From a virus (lineage: Duplodnaviria; Caudoviricetes), in the IMG/VR virus record IMGVR_UViG_3300037099_000042, positions 1 through 60,012 of that record: DNA of 60,012 nt; one strand, 5' to 3'. The notes below the pieces were generated by a model that was given only the letters and a program-made list of their open reading frames with translations, searched no databases and was not told the DNA's origin. Position 1 is the stretch's first letter. Every line of letters starts with the position of its first letter. A program made the translations under genes and the position numbers. Shown piece by piece: positions 46,729 through 56,992 of the stretch.

Positions 46729-47982
46729 TTAGATAGAGCGGATGCGGGCCGCGTTGGGGAACCGCGTTTCGAAGTCGGCACCGCCGGCACTGTCGCGGGC
46801 CATGGTGGAGCGGTCGCGCTCACCGGGCTTCGGGGCGGTGGACAGGATGGCGCGATAAGCGGAGGGGTGGACGCCATCGACGGGGATGCCGATGCTGTCG
46901 AGGGCGAGCTTGTAGACGGCCTCGGCGCTGTCCTGGGCAACGGCGATCTCGCCGATGTAGGGGCGAACCACCTTCTCGGCGTCGGCGATGTCACGCAGAC
47001 GCTTGACGGTGGCGGATTCGGCTGCCTTGACGGCTCTGGTGATGGCGGCGTCCATGGCGGCTTTGGACGGCTTGTCATCCTCGTCCAGCCGGTCGGGCTT
47101 CTCTTTGCCTTCCAGCTTCACCACGTCGTCATCCTTGGGGGGAACGGGCGGCTCGTCTTCGGCCGGCTTGTCGAGTTTGGCGACAGCGGCCTCAAGACGC
47201 CGCACGAGCGCCTCGATGCGGCTGGCCTGGTCGTCTTCCTTCTTCTCGGCAACGGCCGGCTCGTCGGTGTCAACGACCAGGTCGTCGTCGGGAAGGTCTT
47301 TCTCGTCAGCTTTGTCGAGCAGGTTGACAAGATCATCAACCGTCGCGTCCTGTGCCAACTTGGTGCGGAGAGCCGTGATAGCTCCCTTGACCATAGCGGC
47401 CTTTTTGTTGGGGGCCTTGCGAGCCATGAGGTTCTCCTTGAGTTTAGAATCTCCGACAACCACGTCGGAACCAGCGCGGCCATGGGGCACCAAAGCCACA
47501 TGGTTTCCGCGTATTTCAGTCATGCGTCCGTCGTAGCGGACACCCTGATAGGTGCCCGGCTCCATCACCGGGACGTAGCGATAGGCGCAGGACAGTTCCC
47601 GCTGCTCTCCGCTTTCGATGGCTTCGATTGCGTCCCGCGCCCAGACCACCAGCGAGTTGCGCAGATAGGGCGCGACGAACTCGGCGTCGGTTCCTGTCGC
47701 CCCAACCACGATGTCCGGCCTGTGATCGTCGGCGGAAACGGGAACATGGACGTTCAGCAGGGGAAGACTGTTGAATGAGGCTGCCGCCTTTTCGAGTTCG
47801 GCCGGGTCGCGCAACAGGTAGTAAACGCGGTCCCGATCCAGGCCGAGCCGGTCGGCGTCGGGGATTTCGTGGCCGTAGTAGGGGCAGACATTCGCCTTAG
47901 AGATGTTGGTAACGGCGACATGCAGGCGGCCGTCCTCATCCACCGAACGAACGGTGGAGCGGTCTAGGGCGAGAATTGTCAT
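46729..47982 (-). CDS. Prohead protease/scaffold (DUF2213-like)
   Basis: ISKANVCPYYG.EI, ELSCAY, NHVALV..GRAG. Confidence 0.88.
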   Translation of the reverse strand: MTILALDRSTVRSVDEDGRLHVAVTNISKANVCPYYGHEIPDADRLGLDRDRVYYLLRDPAELEKAAASFNSLPLLNVHVPVSADDHRPDIVVGATGTDAEFVAPYLRNSLVVWARDAIEAIESGEQRELSCAYRYVPVMEPGTYQGVRYDGRMTEIRGNHVALVPHGRAGSDVVVGDSKLKENLMARKAPNKKAAMVKGAITALRTKLAQDATVDDLVNLLDKADEKDLPDDDLVVDTDEPAVAEKKEDDQASRIEALVRRLEAAVAKLDKPAEDEPPVPPKDDDVVKLEGKEKPDRLDEDDKPSKAAMDAAITRAVKAAESATVKRLRDIADAEKVVRPYIGEIAVAQDSAEAVYKLALDSIGIPVDGVHPSAYRAILSTAPKPGERDRSTMARDSAGGADFETRFPNAARIRSI

Positions 47983-47988
47983 GGTTTA

Positions 47989-48816
47989 TTATCCCGGCAG
48001 TATGCTTCTACTAACGCATCTGCAATTTATTTCCCGGCCAGGGTAAGTCCATTTACCCTCTAGGAACATTCCTTTATCAACATCGTAAATCTTGCCGTTG
48101 GCCGCGACGTGTTCCGGCCTTGGATGCTTCCCGGCATGACTATGCAGCCACTTTGCTTGCTTGATCCCAAGCTGCGACTGACGCACGATTGTTATTGTTG
48201 ATGTCGCTTTATTGTTCTGGTCTCTGGCGATCAACTCAGCCCGGCGCCGTGTGACGCCGTACCGCTTCTGTAGTTCCTTGCTCAACTCGGCGAGATTTCC
48301 GCCCTGCGCCACGCTGCGCATCACAAGCCCATCGACCTCGGCCAAATGCTGCGACGCGATGGACTTGATCAGCCCGACCTGCTCGCCAATGGTGGCCTGC
48401 ATCACCTCGTTGGCTTCGCGGGTCATCTTCCATTCGATGGCAAAGCCGGACTTCTTCAGCGCCGCCTTCATCGCCGCGTCGGAGCGGTCGATTGCCGCCG
48501 TTGCAAACCACCGGGCCATGAACGGCGCGAGGTCGTTGATCTTCTTCATCCGCCGCCGCGCCAGCTTCGCCAGGGCTTCACGCATTGACGCTGCGGCGCT
48601 CATGCCATCGGTCCAGTGGCCGCTAACGTCCGTCGCGTCCTGGGCCATTAGCGGCGGGTTGGCCTTGTAGGTGGCCTCGACCCAGTACACGACGCTATTG
48701 TGCAATTCGTCCACCAGCTTCGTCAGCTTCTTGCGGTAGGCCGCCTCGATGCCCTGGTTCGGATGGATCGGGGGCAGGGTGATCGGCTTGCCGGTGGGAG
48801 AGCGGAGCGCAGTCAT
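47989..48816 (-). CDS. Head morphogenesis protein (Mu gpF-like)
   Basis: RAELIARDQ, W.HS...PR..H, PG.EINCRC. Confidence 0.88.
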   Translation of the reverse strand: MTALRSPTGKPITLPPIHPNQGIEAAYRKKLTKLVDELHNSVVYWVEATYKANPPLMAQDATDVSGHWTDGMSAAASMREALAKLARRRMKKINDLAPFMARWFATAAIDRSDAAMKAALKKSGFAIEWKMTREANEVMQATIGEQVGLIKSIASQHLAEVDGLVMRSVAQGGNLAELSKELQKRYGVTRRRAELIARDQNNKATSTITIVRQSQLGIKQAKWLHSHAGKHPRPEHVAANGKIYDVDKGMFLEGKWTYPGREINCRCVSRSILPG

Positions 48817-50321
48817 GGACGCCGAGCGGACGTGGCCTGTGGCGGCTCGTCGTCTTCCTCGGGATCATCATGCTCATGCTCGGGATCGTCGCCACCGCCG
48901 CCATCAGGCGGCTCCGGGTCCGCATTCAGATCAATCGCCGCATAGGGGCTGTCTTCCTGCTCGGCCAGCCGGACCCGCACCTCATGCGGCGCCAGGACGC
49001 CCGCGTTGATGTACTCAATGTCGGTGTCAGCTTCGACCTTGCGGACGTTCGCCATCGCGGTTTCGTCCAGGCTCCACAGCGGCTCCCAGCGGAAGGTAAT
49101 CTCGGGGTCAATCTCGCCGAACAGCGAGAGCTGGATGATTCGCAGCAGCTTGGTCAGGGCCGGCGAGAACAGGGCTTCTTGCTGCGCCTCGATCCAGTCG
49201 TAGAACGCCCGCATTTCGCCGTCACTTGAAGCGTTCAGGCCGCTCGGGGTGATGCCGAGTAGCTTGACCAGCGGGATACCTGTGACCGCAGCCATATGCT
49301 CCTGGGACTGCGCCTGGAGATGGTCCAGGCTGGACAGCGGCACCGAAATATTATCGAGTTCCTCGGTGTCCTTATCGAGCAACATGATTCCGCGATTGTC
49401 GCGAAGCCGGTTGAACAGTTCAGCGCGGCTATACATCGCCTCGCCGCCCCCGCCATTCAGGACGCCGGTCATGTTGGTCTTGAGCGAGAACACCGTGAAC
49501 GAGTGCAATAGATCGCTCACAGACTGCCGGGTACGGAGCCAGTTGTCGATATAGGGCTTTGCCATCTGCGACAGCGACAGGCCGCCAAACGCATATGCCG
49601 GCTTGAGCAAATCCGGGACTTCTCGGGAGACGAACGTCAGCAGGCGGGATGCGTGGATTTCCCGGCCCTGCACGTACCAGGAGGTCGGCTTGTAATAGTC
49701 GGCCCGCAATGGGTCGTTGCTGTTGTAGACGTTCGGGTAGGTCCACACCGGCTCGATGGTGGCGATGCGCTTCAGCGCGCCCTTGGCGATCTTGGCCGGG
49801 CTGATGGTGAGCGGCGTCTTCAGCTCAACCGGGTCGTCGGTGGCGCCCGTGTCGAGATAGATTTGCGATCGCCCGAAGAAGCCGTCCTGCTCGGCGGCTT
49901 CCCGGAACTTGGCCTGGACGCCGAGGCGGGTCATCTCGGTTTCGATGGCCTTCAGCTTGTCGCCCTTGTCCTCGCCGCCGGACGCCTGGAGCTTAACCCA
50001 CTTCCGGGTCATCTCTTTGGCGATGATCTCGGACGGCCGGCGATACTCCGGGCGCTGGGCAAGTTCGGCCAGATACGGGTAGCCGACGAACCCCATCACC
50101 TCGGCGCCCATGCCGACATACCCGCTCATCTCGCCAAAGCCTTCGTCCATCGCCAGCGCGGCACCCTTGGGCACAACTCCGGGGGCCGGGCGGGCCGGGC
50201 GGAACACGTCAAACTCGGCCGGCTCGCGGCACGCGCGGGCGATGGCCTCGTATCCGATCTTCATGGCGGGGCGAGGTTCGGTCATTAGCTGCCCTTGGGC
50301 ATGGCTGTGCATCCTTATCAT
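48813..50321 (-). CDS. Portal protein (DUF1073-like)
   Basis: IHASRL, IP.VKLLGITPSGLNASS, F.W.PLW; follows TerL. Confidence 0.88.
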   Translation of the reverse strand: MIRMHSHAQGQLMTEPRPAMKIGYEAIARACREPAEFDVFRPARPAPGVVPKGAALAMDEGFGEMSGYVGMGAEVMGFVGYPYLAELAQRPEYRRPSEIIAKEMTRKWVKLQASGGEDKGDKLKAIETEMTRLGVQAKFREAAEQDGFFGRSQIYLDTGATDDPVELKTPLTISPAKIAKGALKRIATIEPVWTYPNVYNSNDPLRADYYKPTSWYVQGREIHASRLLTFVSREVPDLLKPAYAFGGLSLSQMAKPYIDNWLRTRQSVSDLLHSFTVFSLKTNMTGVLNGGGGEAMYSRAELFNRLRDNRGIMLLDKDTEELDNISVPLSSLDHLQAQSQEHMAAVTGIPLVKLLGITPSGLNASSDGEMRAFYDWIEAQQEALFSPALTKLLRIIQLSLFGEIDPEITFRWEPLWSLDETAMANVRKVEADTDIEYINAGVLAPHEVRVRLAEQEDSPYAAIDLNADPEPPDGGGGDDPEHEHDDPEEDDEPPQATSARRP

Positions 50322-51646
50322 GCCCGCGCTATGACGCTGGGCGAAATTGTCATTGCGGCCTTGGTTCCGAGCATTGCGAAGGCGCCGCTTACAGCGTCCA
50401 CTTGGTCATCGTGGGCCGCTTGCGGGAATGCCTCGATCTCATCGAGGAACGCGCCGCACCACGTACCCCGCACCAGCCGGACATTTCCACGCTCGGCGGC
50501 GGCGGATACTGGTCGCGCCATCGTGGTTTTATCGCCTGTCTTTTTATCGCCCTTAAAGTCGAACCCAACTAGAACCCGGCGAGCGTAGTGGTCGATCATG
50601 CCGACGCCAGACGATCCCGGCTCTTGTTCCATCCGAATTGGAATGCCGCGCCCGTCTATGTCTGCGGTTTGTCGAATAACAGCCTCGATCTTCTGCGGTG
50701 TGCCACGGAGCCGGATGATGTCCTCAACAAACCATATCCCGTCTTTGACCGTAACCTTAGCCCCGACTGTCCAGTCTGGGTCTTTTCCGGGGGCGGCAGC
50801 GGTCGCGGCCAAATCCCAGTAGCGCAGTGACCGCCCGCCGGATGGCGCGGCATTGACGATCTCGAACCACTCCCGCTCGAATAAGCCGCCGCAGGGCAGC
50901 ACGTCCCAATCGCCATTGAGCAGCTGCGCGCGGGTCAGGTGGTCAAGTTGATCGAGTGAGCGTCGGTACTCTGCTTGGTCCAGGCCGGGGTTGTCTTCCA
51001 GCCGTGCGGGGATGAACGGTCGGCCCTTGTCGCGGCCCTCGACCACGAACCGCTGCCGAACCCACTCATGGCCGTGTCCGCCGGGGTTACTGGCTAGCCG
51101 GGCGCGGAGCGGAACCTGGACGCCGGCTTTGCGGCGCAGGCGTGATAGCAAGTAGCGGTACTGGCTCTCGCTGAACTGTGTTGCTTCGTCAATGCCGATG
51201 AACTGGAGTTCCGCGCCTTGGTAGCGGTATTTGTCCTTTTCGGTTTCCAGATATCCAAAATTGATGGTCGCTCCCGATGGGAATGACCACTGCTTGTCTT
51301 GAGCGTTCCACTTGGCGTCACTGCCTGCGAGCCATTGCTCGGCGCGATCCATCAAAGCGCCCGGCAATGCCAGATCAGCGTAAGTTCTGCGAAGCAAAAG
51401 AGCGGAATAACCGGGGACGTGGACGTATTGCAGCGCTGCCATAAGCAGACATTCCGACTTACCACCGCCGGCCGCTCCTCCGTAAAGCGCCTCCAGATGC
51501 GGCAGTGCCAGGAACGCCAGTTGCGGCGGAAACGGTTTATTCGGGCAGTATTTAGTCAGTACCGCCGGAGTCTTTACTATCAAACCCAATGCCTGTTGCG
51601 GCGAGAATCTGGGCCGCTCTGGCGGCTGTTCCGGCGTCCACAACAT
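50318..51646 (-). CDS. terL: Terminase large subunit
   Basis: YGGAAGGGKS, IDEATQF, ASNPGG.GH.WV, WDLA, HDDQVDA. Confidence 0.93.
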   Translation of the reverse strand: MLWTPEQPPERPRFSPQQALGLIVKTPAVLTKYCPNKPFPPQLAFLALPHLEALYGGAAGGGKSECLLMAALQYVHVPGYSALLLRRTYADLALPGALMDRAEQWLAGSDAKWNAQDKQWSFPSGATINFGYLETEKDKYRYQGAELQFIGIDEATQFSESQYRYLLSRLRRKAGVQVPLRARLASNPGGHGHEWVRQRFVVEGRDKGRPFIPARLEDNPGLDQAEYRRSLDQLDHLTRAQLLNGDWDVLPCGGLFEREWFEIVNAAPSGGRSLRYWDLAATAAAPGKDPDWTVGAKVTVKDGIWFVEDIIRLRGTPQKIEAVIRQTADIDGRGIPIRMEQEPGSSGVGMIDHYARRVLVGFDFKGDKKTGDKTTMARPVSAAAERGNVRLVRGTWCGAFLDEIEAFPQAAHDDQVDAVSGAFAMLGTKAAMTISPSVIARA

Positions 51647-51998
51647 GGTGCGTTAGTTCCATTTTCATAGCCGGGGCCTCATCGCTGCCCCCATGGCGTA
51701 GCTCTGTCGGTGCTTCTTTCCAGCGGGCGCGGGTCTTGAGCCAGAAGATCTGCGCCGCGACGTTGTTGCTGTCAACGGCGTTCTTGTAGAGCGCTCCCGC
51801 CACCCGCGCGTTTGCCTTGGTCGTCCCGGTGTCCAGCTCATGGCGGAAGTTGTCCGCCAGCGTCTGCTCGTCGATCTTCCGGCCCGATTCGGGATTGATG
51901 ATCATGGCGCAGATGTCGGCCTGGGGGATGCCATAGGCAGATAGCTGCTCGACCAACTTCCGGTGCTCAGGGGTGGGGCGAAAGGGTTTGCGGGCCAT
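51552..51998 (-). CDS. terS: Terminase small subunit
   Basis: PTPEHRKLVE..., AQIFWLKTRARWKE; directly upstream of terL. Confidence 0.75.
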   Translation of the reverse strand: MARKPFRPTPEHRKLVEQLSAYGIPQADICAMIINPESGRKIDEQTLADNFRHELDTGTTKANARVAGALYKNAVDSNNVAAQIFWLKTRARWKEAPTELRHGGSDEAPAMKMELTHHVVDAGTAARAAQILAATGIGFDSKDSGGTD

Positions 51999-52141
51999 GG
52001 TTGCTGTCCGGAATAGGTCTGCTTGCGATCACGCCATAAGCCGCGTGCGGTCCCGACTGCGGGATCAGCGTCCAGCCGTCGTCGAGATAGCGTTGCTGGT
52101 CGGCGTAGCTGATGTATCGGCACTCGGTGATCTCGGTGATG

Positions 52142-52842
52142 TCACCGGCCGGCATTCTTGATCTCATCGAACGTGCGGCCATCGCCTTCGAGTGTTGCGG
52201 TCTGGCCGGTAAAGTCCTGCCAGCGCTTGCATGCTACGTCGACGTAAGCCGGGTTCAGTTCCACGGCGTAAACGCAGCGGCCAGTCATTTCCCCAGCGAT
52301 GATCGTCGTGCCGGAACCGCTGAACGGTTCATATACCGCTTGACCGGGACTGCTGTTGTTCTCAATCGGGCGTTTCATGCACTCGATGGGCTTTTGAGTG
52401 CTGTGCCCAGTCTCGGACTTCTGCGGCTTGGGGATTTGCCAGAGCGTCGTTTGCTTGCGGTCGCCGCAATAGTGGCCTGAAATCCGGTAAGCGACAGATC
52501 GAAGTCGCAAGCGGCAAGCTCGCCCAACTCCAGCGCCAGCAGCTCGTCGTCCCACTCAGCCCAGTTTGCCGACTTGTTCGCCAGCAGGCGGAACGCTTTG
52601 ATCTGGGCATCGGTCAAGTCGTCGGCAAGCGCAACGGGGACAGTCTCCAGTCCGAGCTTCCTTGCTTCCTTTAATCGCAAGTGTCCGTCTACAACAGAGC
52701 CATCAGATTTCGCGACGATTGGAATGCGGAAGCCGAACTCGCGGATGGCAGAGCACATCTTGTCAACAACGGCGTCGTTCTTGCGCGGATTCCGAGCGTA
52801 GTCAATAAGACTATCTGTGTGCACATTTTTAACAATGAGCAT
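52142..52842 (-). pseudogene. ParB-like/N6-N4 DNA methyltransferase with internal deletion and frameshift
   Basis: ParBc part (YARNPR, DGHLRL) joined out of frame at ~52480 to the MTase C-terminus (HSTQKP, EPFSGSGTT); no DPPY region. Confidence 0.85.
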
Positions 52843-53590
52843 TTATCCGAGCCTTTATTACCGTAGCAGTTACCATAGCGCGTTCCATCAACATAGCGCC
52901 CAATGCCACTTTCATATCCTGGCAACTTGATCCGGTTGACTCAATGTCATGAGTTATTGACTCGACAAACTTGTGATGCTTTATACATAAAGTTATTAGA
53001 TTTTGCTGACTATTATCAAAACTAAGTCTAAATGGTGCTATATGATGGACCTGCAATAATTTCGTTGTTCCGCACATTGCGCAAAATGGCATACGCTTTT
53101 TTGCTTTTAATCTTATCTTGTTCCACTGTGACCCACGGCCAGTTATTCTGTCTGTCTGGCACATCCAGTTTTCATAGCATGGTCTGCTGCAAAAATTACC
53201 TTCGGCATTCGTATTTGCGCCTATAGAACTCTTGTAGACATCAAACTGTTTCAAGCAGTGCTTGCATTGACGATTTTCATGTGTGTTAGCGTGTCTACAT
53301 TCTAATGAGCAAAACTTCTGCCCAAGAGATGCCCGCATCATCTTTCCACACTCCGCGCAGGATACTTGATCGGATCGAACAGACCCCTTTCCCGATCTCC
53401 CTCCACGACTGCTTGCGCACCTTCTGCAAACTACTGGGTTAGTGTCGCGTCGCACTGTGGAAATTATCCCACAATCGGCACATACACAGTTTTTCATCCC
53501 ATTCTTGCGTTGTGCTTTACTAAGATGCAGCAACTCATGTCCGGGGATTGCGCGCCACTCTTCGTCAGGTGTATAGGAATCGTCAGCCAT
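52829..53590 (-). CDS. HNH endonuclease with Cys-rich repeats
   Basis: C..CG...LQVHH...N....NLITLC.KHH; FCS..C repeats; AT-rich. Confidence 0.8.
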   Translation of the reverse strand: MADDSYTPDEEWRAIPGHELLHLSKAQRKNGMKNCVCADCGIISTVRRDTNPVVCRRCASSRGGRSGKGSVRSDQVSCAECGKMMRASLGQKFCSLECRHANTHENRQCKHCLKQFDVYKSSIGANTNAEGNFCSRPCYENWMCQTDRITGRGSQWNKIRLKAKKRMPFCAMCGTTKLLQVHHIAPFRLSFDNSQQNLITLCIKHHKFVESITHDIESTGSSCQDMKVALGAMLMERAMVTATVIKARINAHC

Positions 53591-53912
53591 GACCGCAGCT
53601 CCTTTCAGCTCGGTTAGGTTAGGGTCGAGAGCGGGGTTCCAGCCTGCTTTCGGCCCGAATTATATCACAAACCTCTGTCTTTGTTAGGAAAAATCCGCAA
53701 CTGCGCGCTGTTCTAGCTTCATAGTTCCGATTTTTCCTAATGCATCCCAAAAAACGGCCCCACAACCGAGGCCGCCAAATTGCCCAGTACTCCGAGCACG
53801 AAGTCCCCGAACACCACAATCACCGTCCCGACCATCGCCGCGCTGACCGTGATCGTGTACCGCCGCCGATGCGCCTGGACATGCCGCACGACGCGGCGCT
53901 TGTGGGTCTCGG

Positions 53913-54152
53913 TCATTTCGGCGCGAACTTGGCTTTGAACACCGCATCGGTGGCGGACGACACAACCCCGCGTCGGCCCTTGATGACCCACGAACCCCGG
54001 CTGATGTAACCGATTGGCGTCAACAGCCCGGCCTCGGTATTCATGATGCCCCTGGTCCCTATCATGTTCATGATCCTGTTAGCGGACGCGGACGATCCAT
54101 CGTACTGCACGGCGTAAACCGTCGCGCCGTCGGCCTGTCTTGTGTAGATCAC
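53913..54152 (-). CDS. Hypothetical protein
   Basis: VYAVQYDG...GSWVIKG..G...F...F motif; GTGA coupling. Confidence 0.55.
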   Translation of the reverse strand: MIYTRQADGATVYAVQYDGSSASANRIMNMIGTRGIMNTEAGLLTPIGYISRGSWVIKGRRGVVSSATDAVFKAKFAPK

Positions 54153-54511
54153 CCCGGAAACTTCCCGCGAGCCGGGCAATCCACTTGATGCGCCATCAAC
54201 TCGACCCGACCGCTTGCCGTATCGTTCTGCATTTTATCCAACTGGTCTCCGAGATGCTGGACCTGCCTGGTCAACTCGGTGATCGCGTGCTCCAGCGACT
54301 TGATGGTTGCCTCGTACTCCCGCCGCGACACCACCACCGCCGGCAGGCCGTCCAGACGCTGGTGCAGGTGGTTGCCGGCGGCCACGGACTCGGCGCGGGC
54401 ATCGCGCACCTCGCGCAGCAGGGTCGTGAACATCCAGGTCGCGGCCGTGATCAGGACCGCGACCACCGCCGCCGCCGCTTGCAGCCAGGTCCCGGCATCG
54501 CCGGCCGTCAT
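54149..54511 (-). CDS. Membrane-anchored coiled-coil protein
   Basis: N-terminal hydrophobic helix; ATGA coupling. Confidence 0.6.
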   Translation of the reverse strand: MTAGDAGTWLQAAAAVVAVLITAATWMFTTLLREVRDARAESVAAGNHLHQRLDGLPAVVVSRREYEATIKSLEHAITELTRQVQHLGDQLDKMQNDTASGRVELMAHQVDCPARGKFPG

Positions 54512-54801
54512 GATCCGCGCCCGACGAGGTGAGCGAGGTGCTCCGGCACGGGCGGTGGGACCCAGTCGATTGGGATGCCGTGGTGGTCAGGCCAGCCGGG
54601 CGTGCGAATCGCGCCGCTAGATAGTCGGGGGCGTGGGTTCATGCGGGCCTCGGAAATTTGGGTGCGCGACCATGCTGCGCTGCTATAGGCTCTCGGGGAT
54701 TCCGGAGCCGGGGGCGCGGTTCGCGAAACGGCCGTAGCCGTCGTCATCTCGTCCCATATTTTGTAGGCCCGCGTGGCGTACCCACTATTTCGAACCTGCA
54801 T

Positions 54802-55497
54802 TTAACGTATTTCACGGATTTGCAGCGGCGTCAATGAGATTTTTGTGCCGTTCCGATATTTTTTTGGACTGATTGACACCACCACGCGGGGCTTCGGCCG
54901 CCGTGACATGACGGCGATCACGGTGTCGACCCCTGACAGCAGCGCCGTCTTCACCCGGTCGGCGTCGGGGTTGGCGCCCGCCACGAACCCCAACAGGGCC
55001 GGTGGAACCACGTCGTCGAGACACACGCTCTCCAGCACCGAAATCGCCAGACCACACAGAGGCAACCGGTGCAGCGCGCCCATAACCGCTGACATCCGGT
55101 CATCGCAGGCGCGCCACGCGTCCTCGGACAGATCGGCGCCCGTCGGTGCGACCTCGGGATGCCACCGCCGAGACCCCGACATCGCCGACCAGGTCACCCA
55201 CAGCGTCCGATATGCCGACAGCGCATCCCGCCGCTTCCTGCCATCACCGTCCCGATAGCCGAGCAGCCCGCGCACCCAGAGCGCATCGATCGCCGTCGCG
55301 GCCTCTTGCCCCGGAGCCAACCCGAGCCGCGCCCGCTGTTGCTCGATCGTCTGTGGCAGGATCACCGGCCCGCGATCGGCCACCTGGATGCGGCGCGCGA
55401 CCGAGCCGTCGGGCTGGCGGTCGACGTTAGCGCGGCGTTTCCGGCCGGAGCGGCGTTTCGCCATGCTGCTGGATTTGGTTTTTTTGGTCTCTGTCAT
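54802..55497 (-). CDS. Hypothetical protein, possible late transcription regulator
   Basis: Basic N-terminus; last gene before the packaging region; GGGGAGGG RBS. Confidence 0.55.
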   Translation of the reverse strand: MTETKKTKSSSMAKRRSGRKRRANVDRQPDGSVARRIQVADRGPVILPQTIEQQRARLGLAPGQEAATAIDALWVRGLLGYRDGDGRKRRDALSAYRTLWVTWSAMSGSRRWHPEVAPTGADLSEDAWRACDDRMSAVMGALHRLPLCGLAISVLESVCLDDVVPPALLGFVAGANPDADRVKTALLSGVDTVIAVMSRRPKPRVVVSISPKKYRNGTKISLTPLQIREIR

Positions 55498-56065
55498 GCT
55501 GTTTCCCTCCCCATATCTGCCCGCTGAGTACGATCCCAGACACAAACAGCTTTCCTCCAGTTATCAGGGTGTTCCTGGAAACGCCATTTGGCCCGCTTTT
55601 ACGTATCGCCTCATATGTCGTCATGAGATATTCCGGCACGGTGGATTTCGACGGCGCTGGCAATGCTCGGGACTGCGCGGCAAGCGCCTTACGGACAGCG
55701 CGATCGATCATTTCGTCGATTTGCAGCGACGGGGCATTCGGAGCCTCGAACCGCCCGGTCTTGCGGATGGCTGGGAGAACGTCGTGGGTCACGAACCGCT
55801 GGAACGGCTTGGCTTGAGGCTTGTCCGAGCGCATGACGAGGCGCCACATGCCGGGCTCGGAAATGATGTTGGCCTCGCGTTCGCCCCTGTTCCCCTGAAT
55901 TGAGGTTAGGGCGCGCTCATCGGCGTCGAGCGTCATAATCGCCTTCGTTGGATTCTCAAGGTCCAGAACCGCGCAGACATCGGCGGCCACGAACCACGGC
56001 TCGCCATCCACCTGGATGACGCGTACAGGTTTTCCTTCGTACTCAAACGGTATGATGCTTGGCAT
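55427..56065 (-). CDS. Bro-N domain antirepressor-like protein, C-terminus probably truncated
   Basis: GEPWFVAADVC.VL, ISEPG...LV.RS.KP.AK.F..FVT.DVLP.IRKTG. Confidence 0.9.
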   Translation of the reverse strand: MPSIIPFEYEGKPVRVIQVDGEPWFVAADVCAVLDLENPTKAIMTLDADERALTSIQGNRGEREANIISEPGMWRLVMRSDKPQAKPFQRFVTHDVLPAIRKTGRFEAPNAPSLQIDEMIDRAVRKALAAQSRALPAPSKSTVPEYLMTTYEAIRKSGPNGVSRNTLITGGKLFVSGIVLSGQIWGGKQHDRDQKNQIQQHGETPLRPETPR

Positions 56066-56297
56066 TGCTTTGGTCTCCGTTGAGGCCGGTGCTGGCACGC
56101 GCCCGGCACGACAACAGGAGGTCAATTTCTCGACCACCGGCCCCAACGAAGCGAGGAAACTGGTGGTCGTGCTTCAGGTCGTCCGGTGCCAGCCGAACCT
56201 CCTTTGCATACCACACCCTGGCCCCTCGGAAAACACCTATCCCACCTACCCGACCGCGGCGTCAACATGCTGTTTCCCTCCCCATATCTGCCCGCTG
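55495..56297. repeat. 32-bp perfect direct repeat (55495-55526 and 56266-56297) flanking the Bro cassette
   Basis: CATGCTGTTTCCCTCCCCATATCTGCCCGCTG occurs twice. Confidence 0.92.
56066..56205 (-). ncRNA. C4-like structured antisense/leader RNA upstream of the Bro gene
   Basis: Same architecture as 1141-1285 with compensatory changes. Confidence 0.65.
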
Positions 56298-56528
56298 GAT
56301 GGCCTCTGTCTTGTCCGCTACCCCAGTAGCCAAATCTGAAATCATCGCATCAGGCGCCAATCCTAGCGGGTGCGGCACGTCGTGAAACCCGCCCGCCTGA
56401 GCCTCAGCCACCAAAACGTCTAGAACCGCCCGCCTAGCAGCCATCCCGCGCCGATCCGGCACATCCGCCACGATGATCCGCGCCTCCGTGGCGGTCTCAG
56501 TCCAGCAGTCGGGCATAGTCGCGCTCAC
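56262..56528 (-). CDS. Hypothetical protein
   Basis: GGAGG RBS; ends at the direct repeat. Confidence 0.55.
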   Translation of the reverse strand: MSATMPDCWTETATEARIIVADVPDRRGMAARRAVLDVLVAEAQAGGFHDVPHPLGLAPDAMISDLATGVADKTEAIQRADMGRETAC

Positions 56529-56782
56529 GATCCGCCTCCCTCCGCTCCTGGAGCTTCGGCCCCATGTCCTGCCTGCGGTTCCGACAGCACCATTTGGAGC
56601 ACGGATGTCGCGTCCTGGCTCGTATCTGCGGCATCGGCACCGTCGGCAACAGCAGCTTGACCCTGGCTATCAGCCGACGGCGATGATGTCGTCGCAACGC
56701 TCTCGACCTCGATTTCCCGCTGGCCTCGGGGGTGTGGAATTTGGCGGAAGCGAGGATCATGTTTTGTCCGAAATGTTGAGCC

Positions 56783-56992
56783 GTCACAAAGTCACACACT
56801 TATCACATCTAACATACTGATATATATAATATGTTACTATGTGACTAATGTGATATGTATAGATATACGTCTATGTGCCTATATGCGCCTATGTGCGCAT
56901 ATGTGTGTATCCTGCGCAGTCACAACCGTCACGTCGTCACAAACCAATCGCGCCAATATGTTAGGCGTGACGGTTGTGTGACGATGTGACAA
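56783..56992. other. Putative replication origin with inverted GTCACA/TGTGAC iterons
   Basis: Clusters of (G)TCACA and TGTGA(C) flank an AT-rich core (TGATATATATAATATG). Confidence 0.7.
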
